Assembly (NCBI RefSeq): GCF_006345805.1
Contig: NC_043015.1
Location: 41,912,001-41,976,000, forward strand
Source: Octopus sinensis
Lineage: Eukaryota
Length of the DNA stretch: 64,000 nt
Reading direction: 5' to 3'
A program made the translations under genes and the position numbers. Within the stretch, counting starts at the first letter, position 1, and every line of letters starts with the position of its first letter. Below the pieces are notes generated by a model. That model saw only the letters and a list, made by a program, of their open reading frames with translations, had not been told where the DNA came from and did not search any database. This document shows, piece after piece, positions 13,735-27,461 of the stretch.

Positions 13735-13965
13735 GGCGGCGAGCTGGCAGAAACGTTAGCACGCCGGGCGAAATGCGGAGCCGTACTTCGTCTGTCGTCA
13801 CGTTGTGAGTTCAAATTCCGCCGAGGTCGACTTTGCCTTTCATCCTTTCGGGGTCGATAAATTAAGTACCAGTTATGCACTGGGGTCGATGTAATCGAAT
13901 TAATACCTATGTCTGTCCTTGTTTGTCCCCTCTATGTTTAGCCCCTTGTGGATAATAAAGAAAAA
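13735..13965 (+). mobile_element. tRNA-derived SINE family 2, full length, with 16-bp TSD
   Basis: ggcggcgagctggcagaaacgttagc...gagttcaaattcc...ctttcatcctttcggggtcgataaattaagtacc. TSD ggtatttcttccgact at 13719-13734 and 13966-13981. Confidence 0.92.
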
Positions 13966-14589
13966 GGTATTTCTTCCGACTATGAATTCTAAGTTCAGAT
14001 GTCACCGGGGTTAACTTTGCCTTACATCCTGTCGGGGGTCGATGAAATAAGTACCAGTTGAGCACTGGGGTCGATGGAATAGAGTTACTCCTTCAATAAA
14101 TTACTGGACCTGTGCCAAAATTTGTTACTCATATAGATTAATTTCTCTTCATCAAGGAAGTCTGTCCTGTGGTTCTAAGAAAAACAACAACACTATGATA
14201 CGCGGCATTTAAGCCGCATAAATGATCGCTATTTCACATTAAGTAAAATAACTGAAAATTTCAGTTCGTCTATATTTATACATCTGCGAAAAAATCTCGT
14301 TGTTGGTGAGAAAATCGATAAACAAGTTCTTTCCAACAAAATCACCTTCTGATATTTCTTCCACCTAAGATGTACAGACACTCCCTTCTCATTCTTCCAA
14401 TCTTAAATGCAAAATAAGAAAATGGTGGCTCTTTGGAAACTTGTAAGCACCGATGCTATTACTTACAGCATTAATGATATAAAGCCTATAAATTACATTT
14501 TTAACAAGAGCACACTAACAAGGCAACACTAACGTCCTTTCAATGATCATCCAGAGATGATTTTTAAAATGAGAATATCTGAAATAAAC

Positions 14590-14840
14590 TAGACTGCTCT
14601 CACAAACGAGAATACTAAAAACCCGACCGTTCTCAAAAGTTAAGTACAAAAACAGGTAAAATAATCCAGATTCCCTGTCCGGTACCAGATCGACCCCAAA
14701 ATCTAATCAGTTCGTGCCAGTCATGAGGCCAAACATTCTTAAAAGTTTCGTCCGAATCCATCCAGCGGTTCTTGAGATATTTTGCCCACGGACAAACAAA
14801 CAAACGTGACTGAAACCTATACTTCCGGTTTTGCTAAGAC
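14590..14840 (+). mobile_element. Helentron/HINE-like non-autonomous element
   Basis: Pattern aagtttcgtccgaatccatccagcggttcttgagatat, (caaa)n microsatellite and 3' hairpin cttccg...cggagg, recognised from similar animal elements. No search was run. Confidence 0.5.
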
Positions 14841-15089
14841 GGAGGTAATAAATTAAGAAATGTTCAACTGAACATCGGTAAAAACCACACACATGTACAG
14901 GTCTGGCATTTAGATACATTAAAATTTCATATGGATAAGATAAGTAAACAAACGACCAAAGCATAGTCATACATATATAAATGAAATTAAAACTTTACAT
15001 TAATTCATTCCAGCAGAATTTAAAAAGAAGAAATCAATATACACACATACATACATGCAAACATATTTATCTACACAGATGCACACACA

Positions 15090-15145
15090 CACATATATAA
15101 ATATATATATATATATTATATATAATATATAATATATAATATATA

Positions 15146-15233
<88 letters not shown>

Positions 15234-15279
15234 AATATATATATATATAATTATATATATATATATATATATAATATAT

Positions 15280-15315
<36 letters not shown>

Positions 15316-15338
15316 CTATATATATATGTAAATATATA

Positions 15339-15419
<81 letters not shown>

Positions 15420-15430
15420 TATATATATGG
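15090..15430. repeat. (TA)n microsatellite, representative
   Basis: Direct reading. Comparable tracts at 18975-19240, 22560-22875, 27385-27560, 30040-30540, 50980-51480 and 55930-56195. Confidence 0.97.
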
Positions 15431-16429
15431 GTGTAGATAATATATGTGCGTGTGTATGTATGCATGTATTTTATGTGTGTATGTACGTATCTAGAAAATA
15501 CATTGTGCAACGTTAAAATAACTTATTGAATAAAGCAGTTTAAATGACTCGTAGATTCATTAACGCGAACGTGTCGGATGGTGCCGTGTTGTGAATAAAT
15601 TATGAAGAGTTCATTTATTTCTATCGACTGAACACAGTAATAAATGAATAAATAAATAAATAAATGAATAAATAACTAAATAATTTAATAAAGGAAAGAA
15701 AGAAGAAAGGAAAACAGAGCAGCGCTACACCGCATTAATCATTCACAAAAGTTCAAGTGAATATATCTACAAATACATTTTAATTATAATCAATGTTATA
15801 TTTTATGAAACATAATTACAGTTTTTTTTATCATTGCGTTCCAAACGCAAAGCATTAGCGTTAATTAAACCTGAATACTGTGACTTATTAACTGATATAA
15901 TTGAGATAAAAGGCTATATATAATTTCTACTTAACACCGTTTAATATTTTAACAACCTTTCATCTTTATTTCTTTATTTGCCACCGCATTCTTTCGTTCT
16001 TTAAACTTTTCAGCAATTCAATTATTTGTCCTCGCAAAGACTATATATAATCCCGTACGTTGTTTCTGTTCTACTTCTGTTCGTTAAAAGACAAGTGTTA
16101 ACAAATATACCTGTTGAATATTTAATATTTAAACACGTACAAATGTGCAGTTATTTAATACCTGGATGTTAATGGCTTTTATACTAATGCTTAACATTTA
16201 TTTTTGTCCATTCTCTCTCTAAAAGCTTGGCGTGCTTACCTCACTGCGCAGTTAATTTGTTAATTAAACAATTCTCTTATTTTTTCAACAATGAATTTGA
16301 AAATATAGATTCCGCTTGTTAGAAACGAAAATATCTGGTTATGCTCAGACTTATGGATTTAAACAGATTACATATTTTTAGTGCGTAAACAACGCAAATG
16401 CTTGAAATTTGGTAATGGAGCCTGCTGCT

Positions 16430-16774
16430 TCTGTTGCTGTTGAGCGGTCCGGTCCGAACTGTCCGAAACGTGGTCCTTTGCTATTCGTAAGACCCGCAGA
16501 AGAGAAAGCAGGTCAACCCCCGACACCGAGAGCATCGACAGATGGATGAATGCGCATCCAGACTCAGCGGTTGCGTAGGAAGTCGGGGACAAGAAACAGC
16601 AAGAAAGAGTGAGAGAAAGTTGGGGCAAAAGAGTACAACAGGGGTCACCACTATCCCCTGCCAGAGCATCGTGGAGCTTTAGATATTTTCGTTCAATAAA
16701 CACACACAACGCCCGGTCTGGGAATCGAAACCGCGAGTCCGCTGCCCTAACCACTGGGCCATTGCGCCTCCACA
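16430..16774 (-). mobile_element. tRNA(Arg)-like SINE family 3, tail type A, with 12-bp TSD
   Basis: Head gtggaggcgcaatggcccagtggttagggcagcggactcgcggtttcgattccc. TSD gagcctgctgct at 16418-16429 and 16775-16786. Confidence 0.88.
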
Positions 16775-18029
16775 GAGCCTGCTGCTGAACGTCGGCACGT
16801 ATGTAGTTTATTTCTACCTCGGATCATTAATCTTGGTTTGTTAGTTTGTTTGCTAGCTTTTCTAATTAATTAACCAAATGAGGAGAATGGTGACGATAAC
16901 TTTTCTAAAGTTCTCTGATTATTCTAAATGTCGTAAATCGTCATCTGCCGAACAAAAACAGAAAAAAGAAGAAGGCGCAGAAAAAAGGCTCACACAAGGG
17001 CGATAGATTTAGTATAGAAATGAGTGGATACCAAAATGCATAACATGGGGTTACAAACAGATTCTGACCATTCTGCATGAAGTTTCAGATGAAGATAACA
17101 GTAAGAGGTGGTGTATCTGTTTCTTCTTATAATGGATAGTATTACTGAGCTCAGATTTAATCATCGTTCAATAGAAATATGTATTCTTAGATTACTTAAA
17201 CTTCAATGATCGTCTAGTGCAGGCGTGGCCAGTCATATGGTTCCGGGTTCAGTCCCACTGAGTTGCACCTAAGGCAAATGTCTTCTACTATAGCCTCGGG
17301 CTAGGCAAAGCCTTGGGAATGTACTTGGTAGATGGAAATTGAAAGAAGCTCATTGTTTATGCATATATCCGTTTGTGCCGCTACGGCTTCAAAAACCGCT
17401 GTTAGTGTGTTTTACCTCCCCGGAGTCTAACGGTTCACTAAATGTTCTACAGAATGAGTACTAGGCCTAACAAAAATTATGTATTGGTGTCGATTCGTTC
17501 GACTAGAAAATGTCTTCAAGTTGCTGTCCCCAGCATGGCTACAATCTAATGAATGGTGACTGATTTTATCGCCCCCTGCATCCTACAAAAATGGTAGACG
17601 GCAAAGTTGACCACGGCACGATTTAAATTCGGAATGTTACGATCCCGACGAAATGTGGCAAAGCGCTTTTTTCGATTTTTAACGTTTCATTCATCTCGGC
17701 GAAGTGGATAAGTCCCTCACAGCAACACCAATTCTTTACAACTTACTTTATCTGATTCCGAAAGGGCGAAACGCATGAGTGACGAGGGCTGAATCTGAAC
17801 ACAGAATCTAATGAAGCGAGAAAAATTACGTCAAGCATTTTGTACCTCACGCTAACGATTCTTTCACCTCGCCGACTAAATGGCTTTATATTTTGGCAGA
17901 AGTACACCAAAGATTCTTTGAAAAAGTGTTAAATGGATTGCATCAACCTTAGTTCTCAATCGATACTTATTTTATCGACTCCGAAATGATGAAAGGCAAG
18001 CTTGATAACGGTAAAATTTAAACTAAGTA

Positions 18030-18171
18030 CCGTAATCAGGGTGAATAACCAGGAAAAAAAGTTGAGATGACTCAAATTGAGCACAAATTGAACACAATTT
18101 GAGTCATCTCAAACTTTAGTGTTCTAAAATATTTTTTCCCGGTTATTGTCCCTATTCACCCCAGATTACGG
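18030..18171. mobile_element. pogo/Tigger-like foldback MITE, 142 bp
   Basis: TA-ccgtaatcagggtgaata...tattcaccccagattacgg-TA, plus an inner 16-bp inverted repeat gagatgactcaaattg/caatttgagtcatctc. Confidence 0.85.
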
Positions 18172-18317
18172 TATACTAAAACCCGGAGGAAATGAGAAGG
18201 AACGTTTTGTTAGGCGCGCGAGCGATTCTGACATCTTGCCCCCTAAAATTACAGTCGAATATTACAAACAGAAACACTGTACTTCGTAAAACAAGGAATT
18301 CTTGGAGAAACCACAAT

Positions 18318-18655
18318 TCTTTATATATAAAAGAGAGGTTGTGTGTCTGTCTCCCACGATTTAGATTCCTAACTACTCCCACATTTTGCGGTGCAGTTTA
18401 ACCCAAACCGGGTATCTTATAGTCGTGATTCATATCGAGCCCTTTTTTTCCATTTTAATGCATTTTTCGCTATTATATAAGGGAAGTAACTCTCTAAAAA
18501 TGTCTACGATGAGTCAACGATTAAAAAAAAAATTTACCATAATTTTTTTCCCATTTTTAATGCATGTCTTTGCTATTTTTTGGCTATAACTCTTTAAAAA
18601 TGCTTATATAGTTATTACCCTTACAAACCCGAGCAACGCCGGGCGATACTGCTAG
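18318..18655 (+). mobile_element. Non-autonomous Helitron
   Basis: 5' TC(tttatatataaaag); 3' hairpin cccg-agcaacgc-cggg at 18628-18643, 8 nt upstream of a terminal CTAG followed by T. Confidence 0.8.
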
Positions 18656-18977
18656 TAATATATAAAGCAAAATAGCAGTGTGTATTCATCACTTTTATTT
18701 ATTTTAGAGAAAAGCATTCATTCCACATCGGATTTTCTATAATATTACATATCGGTTTGTGAGATTTATGTATCGAAAATACATGTATCGATATTTTTAA
18801 AAATAGGGGTGTGAGAAAAGAAGATGAAGCGCGACCTAGATATTCAGGGAGTTAAAATATCTACAATAAAAATATAAAAGAAAATGAGAAGAAATGACGG
18901 AGATAAGATGCAGATATAAATGATGTTTAAAAAATATATATTTATTTTAGCTCTAAAAATGACAAACTTTATAAATA

Positions 18978-19115
<138 letters not shown>

Positions 19116-19119
19116 TATG

Positions 19120-19197
<78 letters not shown>

Positions 19198-19499
19198 AGC
19201 ACAAATGTTTTTTATAAGAGTATACATATATATATACGTATATGCATAAATACATACATATGTATATGTGTGTGTGTGAGTGCGTGCGTTACTGTATAGA
19301 TATAGGTCTATGATATAAATATAGATATTGTTGTGTGTGTGCGCGCCTGTGTCACATACTTAAAGTTGTACTTTAAAATAAATTGTGATTGAATTGAATA
19401 AAAAATTTAAATAAACAGTCGCCGAATATTGAAATGTACGTCCTTATAAATAAATGATAGCGAGAGAGAGACCCACATCCGCCTGCATACTCACACACG

Positions 19500-19536
<37 letters not shown>

Positions 19537-20113
19537 CGTGTGTGTGTGTGTGCAGAGAATGAAATAAAATGACAGGGTGAGCAGGAGGCGACTGTTGTTT
19601 GGGTGATGTTTAGATAGCATAATGTATCTTGATATATAGATCTATCTTCTCAGAGAATAAATACTTTTACACACATAGACAAACTGATGTGTGCAGAGAT
19701 AAGCTGGAAAAAACGAAGATACATACAGCCGCAACACGCAAAAACACGATTATACAATCACTAATTTGTATATATGTTTAGCTAAATATTCACATGCATA
19801 TATGTATGCGTAAGTAAACACAGACATATAAACACACACACACACATATGTATATATATATATGTATATATATTCACATTTTTTCATATACGATATATTT
19901 ATGCATTTATTCATGTATGTGTATGTATAGAACATTCACACATAACATCTTTATGTGTGTGTGTGATTCTATATATATATATATATATTATATATATATA
20001 CATTTGCGTTTCTGTGCCTGTGGTATCTAATTATGTGTGTATAAGCATGCAACATCTATATATATATATATTATATATATATATATATATATTTATGTAT
20101 ATATATATGTCCT

Positions 20114-20157
<44 letters not shown>

Positions 20158-20181
20158 GTATATCTATATGTGTTTGCAGAT

Positions 20182-20212
<31 letters not shown>

Positions 20213-20236
20213 ATGTATATTATGTGTATATATATG

Positions 20237-20272
<36 letters not shown>

Positions 20273-21082
20273 TGTATGTATGTATGTATGTATATATATA
20301 TGTATATATCTATGTATATGTATATCAGTATGAATATGGCAAGATATGCAGCTACGCTAAACATTTTTACGACTATAATCTTACATAGCGTGGGTCGTAT
20401 TTCCCTCTAACGATTTTAATACAAGAACACAAAAGTGTTTTATTTTCTCACAAAAAAATTTCTGAAGTTTGGGATAATTGCTTTCGTGGTAAAGGAGATT
20501 TATCATATTTTTTTAAACGATTTATGCCAATGTATTTTTCTTTCCTGCTTGAGGAATATTCTCACAATTGTTTTATCTGTTCTTATATCTCCCATTAAGT
20601 AAACGCATAAGGTACACTTATATGCGTAAAAATGTATGCTAGTGAAAGAAATCACTAATGCACACGGAGTATTGAGCAAACACACATGCGCCCCAACCCA
20701 CGCCCATATAGATATTTCGGCTTACTCTAAGAAGCGGTACACGGCGCTGGAATTTTGGTACCTAAACAAATATAACAAACATCTTCAAATCGTTGTTTGA
20801 GGATCAGCATAAGTGGAGTCAAGTCAGGGAAAGTTATATGGGCATCGTAACTCGCTTCAGTTGTGACAATGAAATCGAACGAAATAGCGATATTTTGAAA
20901 TCATTTTCCTACGTACGTTTCAGACTTGCTGATATGTAAAAGAAATACCCTCCATTACGTAATCCTTCGTCATTTAACTGAGGAAGGTGGAAACAAGTGG
21001 AAACAAGGTGGAAAAAAGAGTACACAAATACCAGAGGTAGAGTAATATGCTTTATTTAAAAGCAGCAGAAATATAACAAAAG

Positions 21083-21120
21083 CTGTTACTCAGAGTTTCA
21101 CATTCCCGTTCATCGGACAA
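21083..21120 (-). ncRNA. Minimal type I hammerhead-like motif (U4C change)
   Basis: Minus strand UUGU-CCGAUGA-ACG(GGAA)UGU-GAAA-CUC(U)GAGU-A-ACAG: GNRA-capped stem II, GUA triplet. Confidence 0.7.
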
Positions 21121-22603
21121 TTTTGTTAAAATAGAACAGAAATAACAATATGATCAAAACTGGTTTAAGTATACACCTTTAAAGAATGGATTTGTTTCAT
21201 TAGTCCTTTCAAATAACGGTCTGAAGCATGCGAAAAACAAAATAAATTAAAATGAAAATTTTCACGCCGCATTACATAAATACTTCAAAACAGCATATAC
21301 GCATACTCAACCATCTATATACATATACAAACTACATACATATAATTTTGGGTTACAGTACAATGCCTACATAGATAAAGTACAATGGCTACATACAATG
21401 CCTACATACATGCCTAAAGTACAGACTATATATATATATATATACAATAATTGTTGGTTAAAGTACAATGTCAGCAATGTTTTAGGAAATGTGGTTAGCC
21501 GTTACCGGGGATAGCAATACTTTACCGTTAGACTACTTTGTCGACTGGTAAAGTGATGAATGTCAAAATTATTCTCGGACGGATTTGATATCAAAAAGTA
21601 CATAGACTGAACAAATCGCACAAGGCATTTTGGGGAGCTCTAGTGATTGTGCCACCTATTTATAAGCTGCCTATTTATTTAATAATAAAAATATTATGGA
21701 CTCCCATAATCTCGCGATCCTTGTATACAGTATGAGTGGAGAAAACTGTGTTTGAGCAGGTCAGATATATGCGACCGTGATTGAAGTACCCAATCGTATT
21801 AGTTCATTCTACAGGCTGTTATCGTTTACCGTACACTGTGGCTGCGGAATACTCGACCATATAGAGTAAGTAGATGAGACGAACAAAGGACTTAAATGGC
21901 AGTTGTTGAAAGTTTCTCTTGATCTATACATCAATGGTTCGCGTGGCAAATATATATAGCAAGTACAATATATTCATTCCTATTACAGACACATGGTCAG
22001 CACCTTCATAGGAGGGAGTTTGACGACAACATCGTTCCCAGTATTCAACATGTACTTGTTTTATCGACCCTCAACAAATAAAATATAAATCAGACCTCGG
22101 CGAAATTTAAAATCAAAACGTAAAAACAAACGAAATGCCGCAACCCAGTTTCTCCGGCGTACCGACGATTCTGCTAGCACGCTGTCTTACAGTAGCAACT
22201 ATAATATATTATCGTTTATACGTTAATGAATTTATAAAAATATCCTTCATTAATTTTAAATTACAGAGAGATAATAAACAAAACAAAACAAAGGTAATAA
22301 ATAACAATGCCATTTCTCAATTCATTTATAATGAGTTCACCTGTTCTATTTTCTTTATGATGAAATTAAATATATTATAGCAATACTTAGACATGGAGAA
22401 GAGACATCTCCAACGCCCTTGAGAATATAACGACTCTGCAACAATTTATTATCTCTCAATACGTCGTCAATCTTAAGATCGAATTTATATTCTAGCGAAT
22501 GCTACTATTTATCTGGTCCCGTTTCTTTCTGATTAACATAACTTTGCACGTTTATGGTAGAATCTTATATATATATAGGTATATATTAATATATATATAT
22601 ATA

Positions 22604-22635
<32 letters not shown>

Positions 22636-22699
22636 GATATATATATATATATATATATATGTATAATATATATATATATATAGATATATGTATATATAG

Positions 22700-22735
<36 letters not shown>

Positions 22736-22751
22736 TATATATATATATATA

Positions 22752-22814
<63 letters not shown>

Positions 22815-22830
22815 ATAGATATATATATAG

Positions 22831-22877
<47 letters not shown>

Positions 22878-22881
22878 TGTG

Positions 22882-23159
22882 TGGAGGACGCAATGGCCCA
22901 GTGGTTAGGCCAGCGGACTCGCGGTTGTAGGATCGCGGTTTCGAATCCCAGACCGGGCGTTGTGAGTGTTTATTGAGCGAAAACATCTAAAGATCCCTGA
23001 GGCTCCGACAGGGCGGGGGTGATCCCTGCTGTACTCTTTCGCCACAACTTTCTCTCACTCTTTCTTCTGTTGGCCTGCTCGCTTAGCCAGCGGGGTAGCG
23101 TCATTGTGACCAGCGATGTGTATCAACATCTGATAGCCTGGTCGGTCACGTGATCACGT

Positions 23160-23160
<1 letters not shown>
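22882..23160 (+). mobile_element. SINE family 3, tail type B
   Basis: Same head and body as the 16430 copy; tail ends ggtcggtcacgtgatcacgtg. Confidence 0.88.
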
Positions 23161-23199
<39 letters not shown>

Positions 23200-23403
23200 T
23201 GTGTGTGTGTGTGTGTATGTGTTTTAAATGTATTTATGAACCCTAATTCTGATAAAGCCAAAATCGAGGGGAAAATGTCTCGTTACAATGCATTGAATGA
23301 ATTTTCATTGAAAAAACCATAATTAATAATAGTCCATTTCACCATTAATTTCTACTCTAGGCACAAGGCCCGACATTTTTGTGGAGGAGACCAGTCGATT
23401 AGA

Positions 23404-23490
23404 TTAACAACAAACAAGATGAGGACAAGGACAAATAATGTAAATCTTGTAAATAATGTATATAATTCCTCGTCTCTTAAATATCGAACT
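23404..23490 (+). mobile_element. Orphan 3' tail of the 38181-38910 family
   Basis: ttaacaacaaacaagatgaggacaa...aatgtatataattcctcgtctctta matches 38858 onward and the 1077 copy. Confidence 0.75.
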
Positions 23491-23499
23491 TTATTTCAT

Positions 23500-23722
23500 G
23501 TTGCTCCAGTCCACTCACCTGGCAAAAATGAGTTGTACCTGTATTTCAAAGGGTCAGCCTTGTCACACTCTGTTTTGTCATTCTGAATCTACCTGAGAAC
23601 TAAGCTATAAGGATACACGTGTCTGCGGAGTACTCAGCCACTTGCATGTTATTCTCACTAGTAGGCTGTTCCCTTGATCGTGTCAACTGGAACCCTTGTC
23701 ATTTGAACCGGCGGAACGCCAG
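23500..23722 (+). mobile_element. Headless copy of SINE family 5
   Basis: ccagtccactcacctggcaaaaatgagttgtacctgtatttcaaagg...cagccacttgcatg...ggaaccc. Confidence 0.7.
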
Positions 23723-24046
23723 TTTAATATATGTGTGCGACGCGTGTGTACATACATTAATACGTATAAAATGCATTGAATACACGACTGTGTTCGACTT
23801 TCTTTTTCCTTCAAATTCTTCTTTTTTTTTTTTGGTATTTTCCAACTAGTTCTTTTTTCTTACAATTAATTTAGAACAATATAGTTTCTAAATAAATACT
23901 TGATGAGTCCATCACAATATGGGCTGGTTGTTGGTGTCAATTCATTCAACTAAAAATTCTCCTCAAGTTTTCACTTGAAAAAAGATAAAGGATTATGTTG
24001 TGTATATATATATACATACATATATATATATATATATATGATATAC

Positions 24047-24077
<31 letters not shown>

Positions 24078-24157
24078 TTATGTATGTATATATATATACT
24101 ACTTATGTATGTATATAGATTATATCCTTATATATGTGTGTGTGTGTGTGTGTTTGT

Positions 24158-24411
24158 GTGGACGCGCAATGGCCCAGTGGTTAGGGCAGCGGACTTGCGG
24201 TCGGAGGATCGCGGTTTTGATTCCCAGACCGGACGTTGCGTCTGTTTATTGACCGAAAGCACCTAAAGCTCCGCGAGGCTCCCAACTTTCTCTCACTCTT
24301 TCTTCCTGTTTCTTGAGTAACGATGCGATGGACTGACAGCTGCTGGGAACACATACGCCATAGAAACCGGGAAACAGGGCCCAGGAGCCTGGCTAGGCTT
24401 GAAAAGGGTGC
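24158..24411 (+). mobile_element. SINE family 3, tail type C, with internal deletion
   Basis: Same head; tail agaaaccgggaaacagggcccaggagcctggctaggcttgaaaaggg. Confidence 0.88.
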
Positions 24412-25665
24412 ATATATATATATATATATAAATATATATATACATCATTTTTACATGTATATATGTGCATGTATATATGCATATAAATATTTACACACTG
24501 ACACACTTCGGTTACCTATACAAGTTTCCTTTTAGAATACCATTGGATGTTTGTTCTCAGGAGATGCCAACGATTTTGACCGAGTCTTCGAAGGTGCTGC
24601 TGTCAGAACTCAAGGAGCCAGATCCAGGCATCTCATTAGGCTATCTAAACCCTAACAACGAATGACATGCAAAGGCGACCTCTTCATGATTTAAACTCAA
24701 AGCACAGATGTGAAACGAGCGCATTCTCTTCTGCCTCGGCTTGTTCGATTCGTTAAAACAATGTCTAACGTTTGTTATTAGGTGTTGGTTTATGGTTTAT
24801 TGTGATCTCGTTCTTTTACGCTTTGTCATTGATGCAATTAACGCTTGGTCTTTGTTGAGATATTGGCGTAAATACAGGACCAAGATATTCAAAATATTTC
24901 CAATAAATTCCTCTTTAAATAAATATCGATAGTTCAATATTTAATCTGTTATAAAAGCCGAATTTCTCAGTGGAAAATTGATGGAGGAACAAACAATTGT
25001 ATAGGGAACAACCATTTTAATGTCAGCCGTTTGCAAATTACAGTTTGTCTTTCGCAGCCAATAGTTTGCATTTAACTTCAGCGTATAATTAGATAATAAC
25101 CAAATCAATTAACGGAGAATAATGAATAAAATTTAATTACTCATGTAATTTCAATTTAATAATCAAACATGGAGAAGAATGAATATTTTACAGCTAATGC
25201 TCACGGTTGCATTAATCTGAGTTTGAAAGCCGTTTTGTGTTTCTGGTTTTGAAGTCGGTTTTGCGTGTCTTCTCTATCGTAGGACTAAATCGTTGCTCGA
25301 ATAATACTGCTTGTGTGTTTGTGTCATATGTGATGCATGAGACATGTTTCCCTAGCGTCCATGTATCATAAATGGCACACATTCCCTATTTTCTTAACTG
25401 CCACAGGTAACTTGCGGTTTATGAAAGGAAATCTTTATATTACGGAAAACATATGATACAAGGACTAAATCTGAAATAAGCAAGGACGATTGGGAAACAA
25501 CTTATGAAAATACTTTGAACAGGAAAAGGAGTTAATCATTATAAGTTTACTTATAAATATAAGACTATTAACAAAGCCCTTAACTTAATACTAATGTATT
25601 AATATATTATTAATAGCTGTGAAATTTTATTATTGTTTATATATGGTAAGTAACTACTCAGGTTA

Positions 25666-25951
25666 TGGAGGCGCAATGGCCCTGTGGTTAGGGCAGCGGA
25701 CTCGCGGTCGGAGGATTGCGGTTTCGATTCCCGCACCGGGCGTTGTGAGTATTTATTGAGCGAAAGCACCTAAAGTCCTACGAGACTCTGGCAGGGTCGG
25801 GGGCGACCCCTGTTGTACTCTTTCGCCCCAACTTTCTCTTACTCTCTCTTCCTGTTTCTTGAGTAACGCTGCAATGGACTGGCTGGAGGGAACGCATACG
25901 TCACAGAAACCGGGAAACAGGGTCACGAGCCTGGCTAGGCTTGAAAAGGGT
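25666..25951 (+). mobile_element. SINE family 3, tail type C
   Basis: Collinear with the 24158 copy, without the deletion. Confidence 0.88.
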
Positions 25952-27291
25952 GAAAGAAGGGTGATTATGAAAAGGGTTTCATAATCACCTAAGTAATATT
26001 TAATTGACAGAAGCTATACAGAAACAGTGTGTGTGTTTGTGTGTGTTTATAACCTGCGTAGAAGGCATACAAACGGAGCAAATGTAACCATTTCTTCTGT
26101 CGATGGAAAAAGATGTCAATTCTTTAAAACCTTACTGAATTCTCATACAAAGGCGTCCACATCACGTGAACAATTCTAAGGAAGTAAGCAGCCATTTTGT
26201 TTATCTACTCAATAAATCAATAAGATTCAGAGAAGTGACCTACTAATTTTCGGACAATAAGTGTTTTATGCTTTATCCAATATCAGCGGTCTGGAACGAG
26301 GATCAAAGTCCACAAAGTATCGATGTAATTGATAATGAATGTAACCTACATCGTAGGTTAAATGCTTCACTTTAATTTGCAAAAAGAAAAAAATTGATGG
26401 AAAGCTTTAATCGATTCTCGAAACTGAATGGGTAATCATCAACGTCCATGATGAACTTCCATTAGCATGGGACACGTACAGCTTTAATATAATGAGTGAA
26501 AAGGTGATACCTTTTTGAATAAGAAACATAATCCACTCCATGTGTCCATATACATTTACTGACTTGCCAGTTTGACTCGCATAGTATGGGCCCAGTCGAG
26601 GCTATAGAAAAAAATAGACTTTCCTAAAATGCCATACATACTGGGATCGAACCCGCGACTTGATAGTAAAGAAACTGAACTTCTTATCAATTCATCTATA
26701 CTGAGCCGGGTCTCGCCTTCTATGTAGATCATAAATTCATTAGAGTTACAGATATTGTTATATCTCTATGACTACCTCAGCACAAATGTATACGTGAGTA
26801 TGTTTCCGCATGAAATATTTTTAATCGATTGATTGAAAAGTATAATGTCCTTATCGATATATGATAGTGAGTGAATTTGTTTACGTGGCTTTGTTCTACT
26901 TCATCACTCTATCAATTATCTGGTGACTGAATCAGCATAAATTTAGCGAAACTTACCACCGACATGTCAAGATACATTAGCCATACATATGCTAACCTTC
27001 ATAACATACTGGTGTCATGTAGATGTGTACATTTGTCAATTTGAACATAAATTATTGTATTGGTGGATATGATACAGGCATAGGTTGTCGTCTGGGATAT
27101 AAACATTTGTTACTTTATCTACAACATACTCACACACACACACACACACAAACATACAAACATACACACACACGCACATACAAATTTGCATAATACATAC
27201 ATCACTGAATTCGATGATGTTTCAGATAGATAAGTGTGCATATTTTCATATATATATATATGTATATATATATATGTGTGTGTGTGTGTGT

Positions 27292-27328
<37 letters not shown>

Positions 27329-27381
27329 ATCAGCATGGCCGCAACTCTGAGCTGAAACTAGAGAAAAAAAGTTTTAAAAAT

Positions 27382-27461
<80 letters not shown>

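Noticed and set aside
16434-16480. Plus-strand CUGUUGA...GAAACGUGGUC hammerhead-like string
   Set aside because: No stem I pairing, and it is antisense to the SINE tail that contains it.
22882-22960. tRNA-like sequences at SINE heads
   Set aside because: A and B boxes are present, but there is no complete cloverleaf and each continues into a SINE body, so they are not tRNA genes.
24550-24665. Possible exon after gtttgttctcag
   Set aside because: Short frames with no recognisable product and no matching donor or partner exons.
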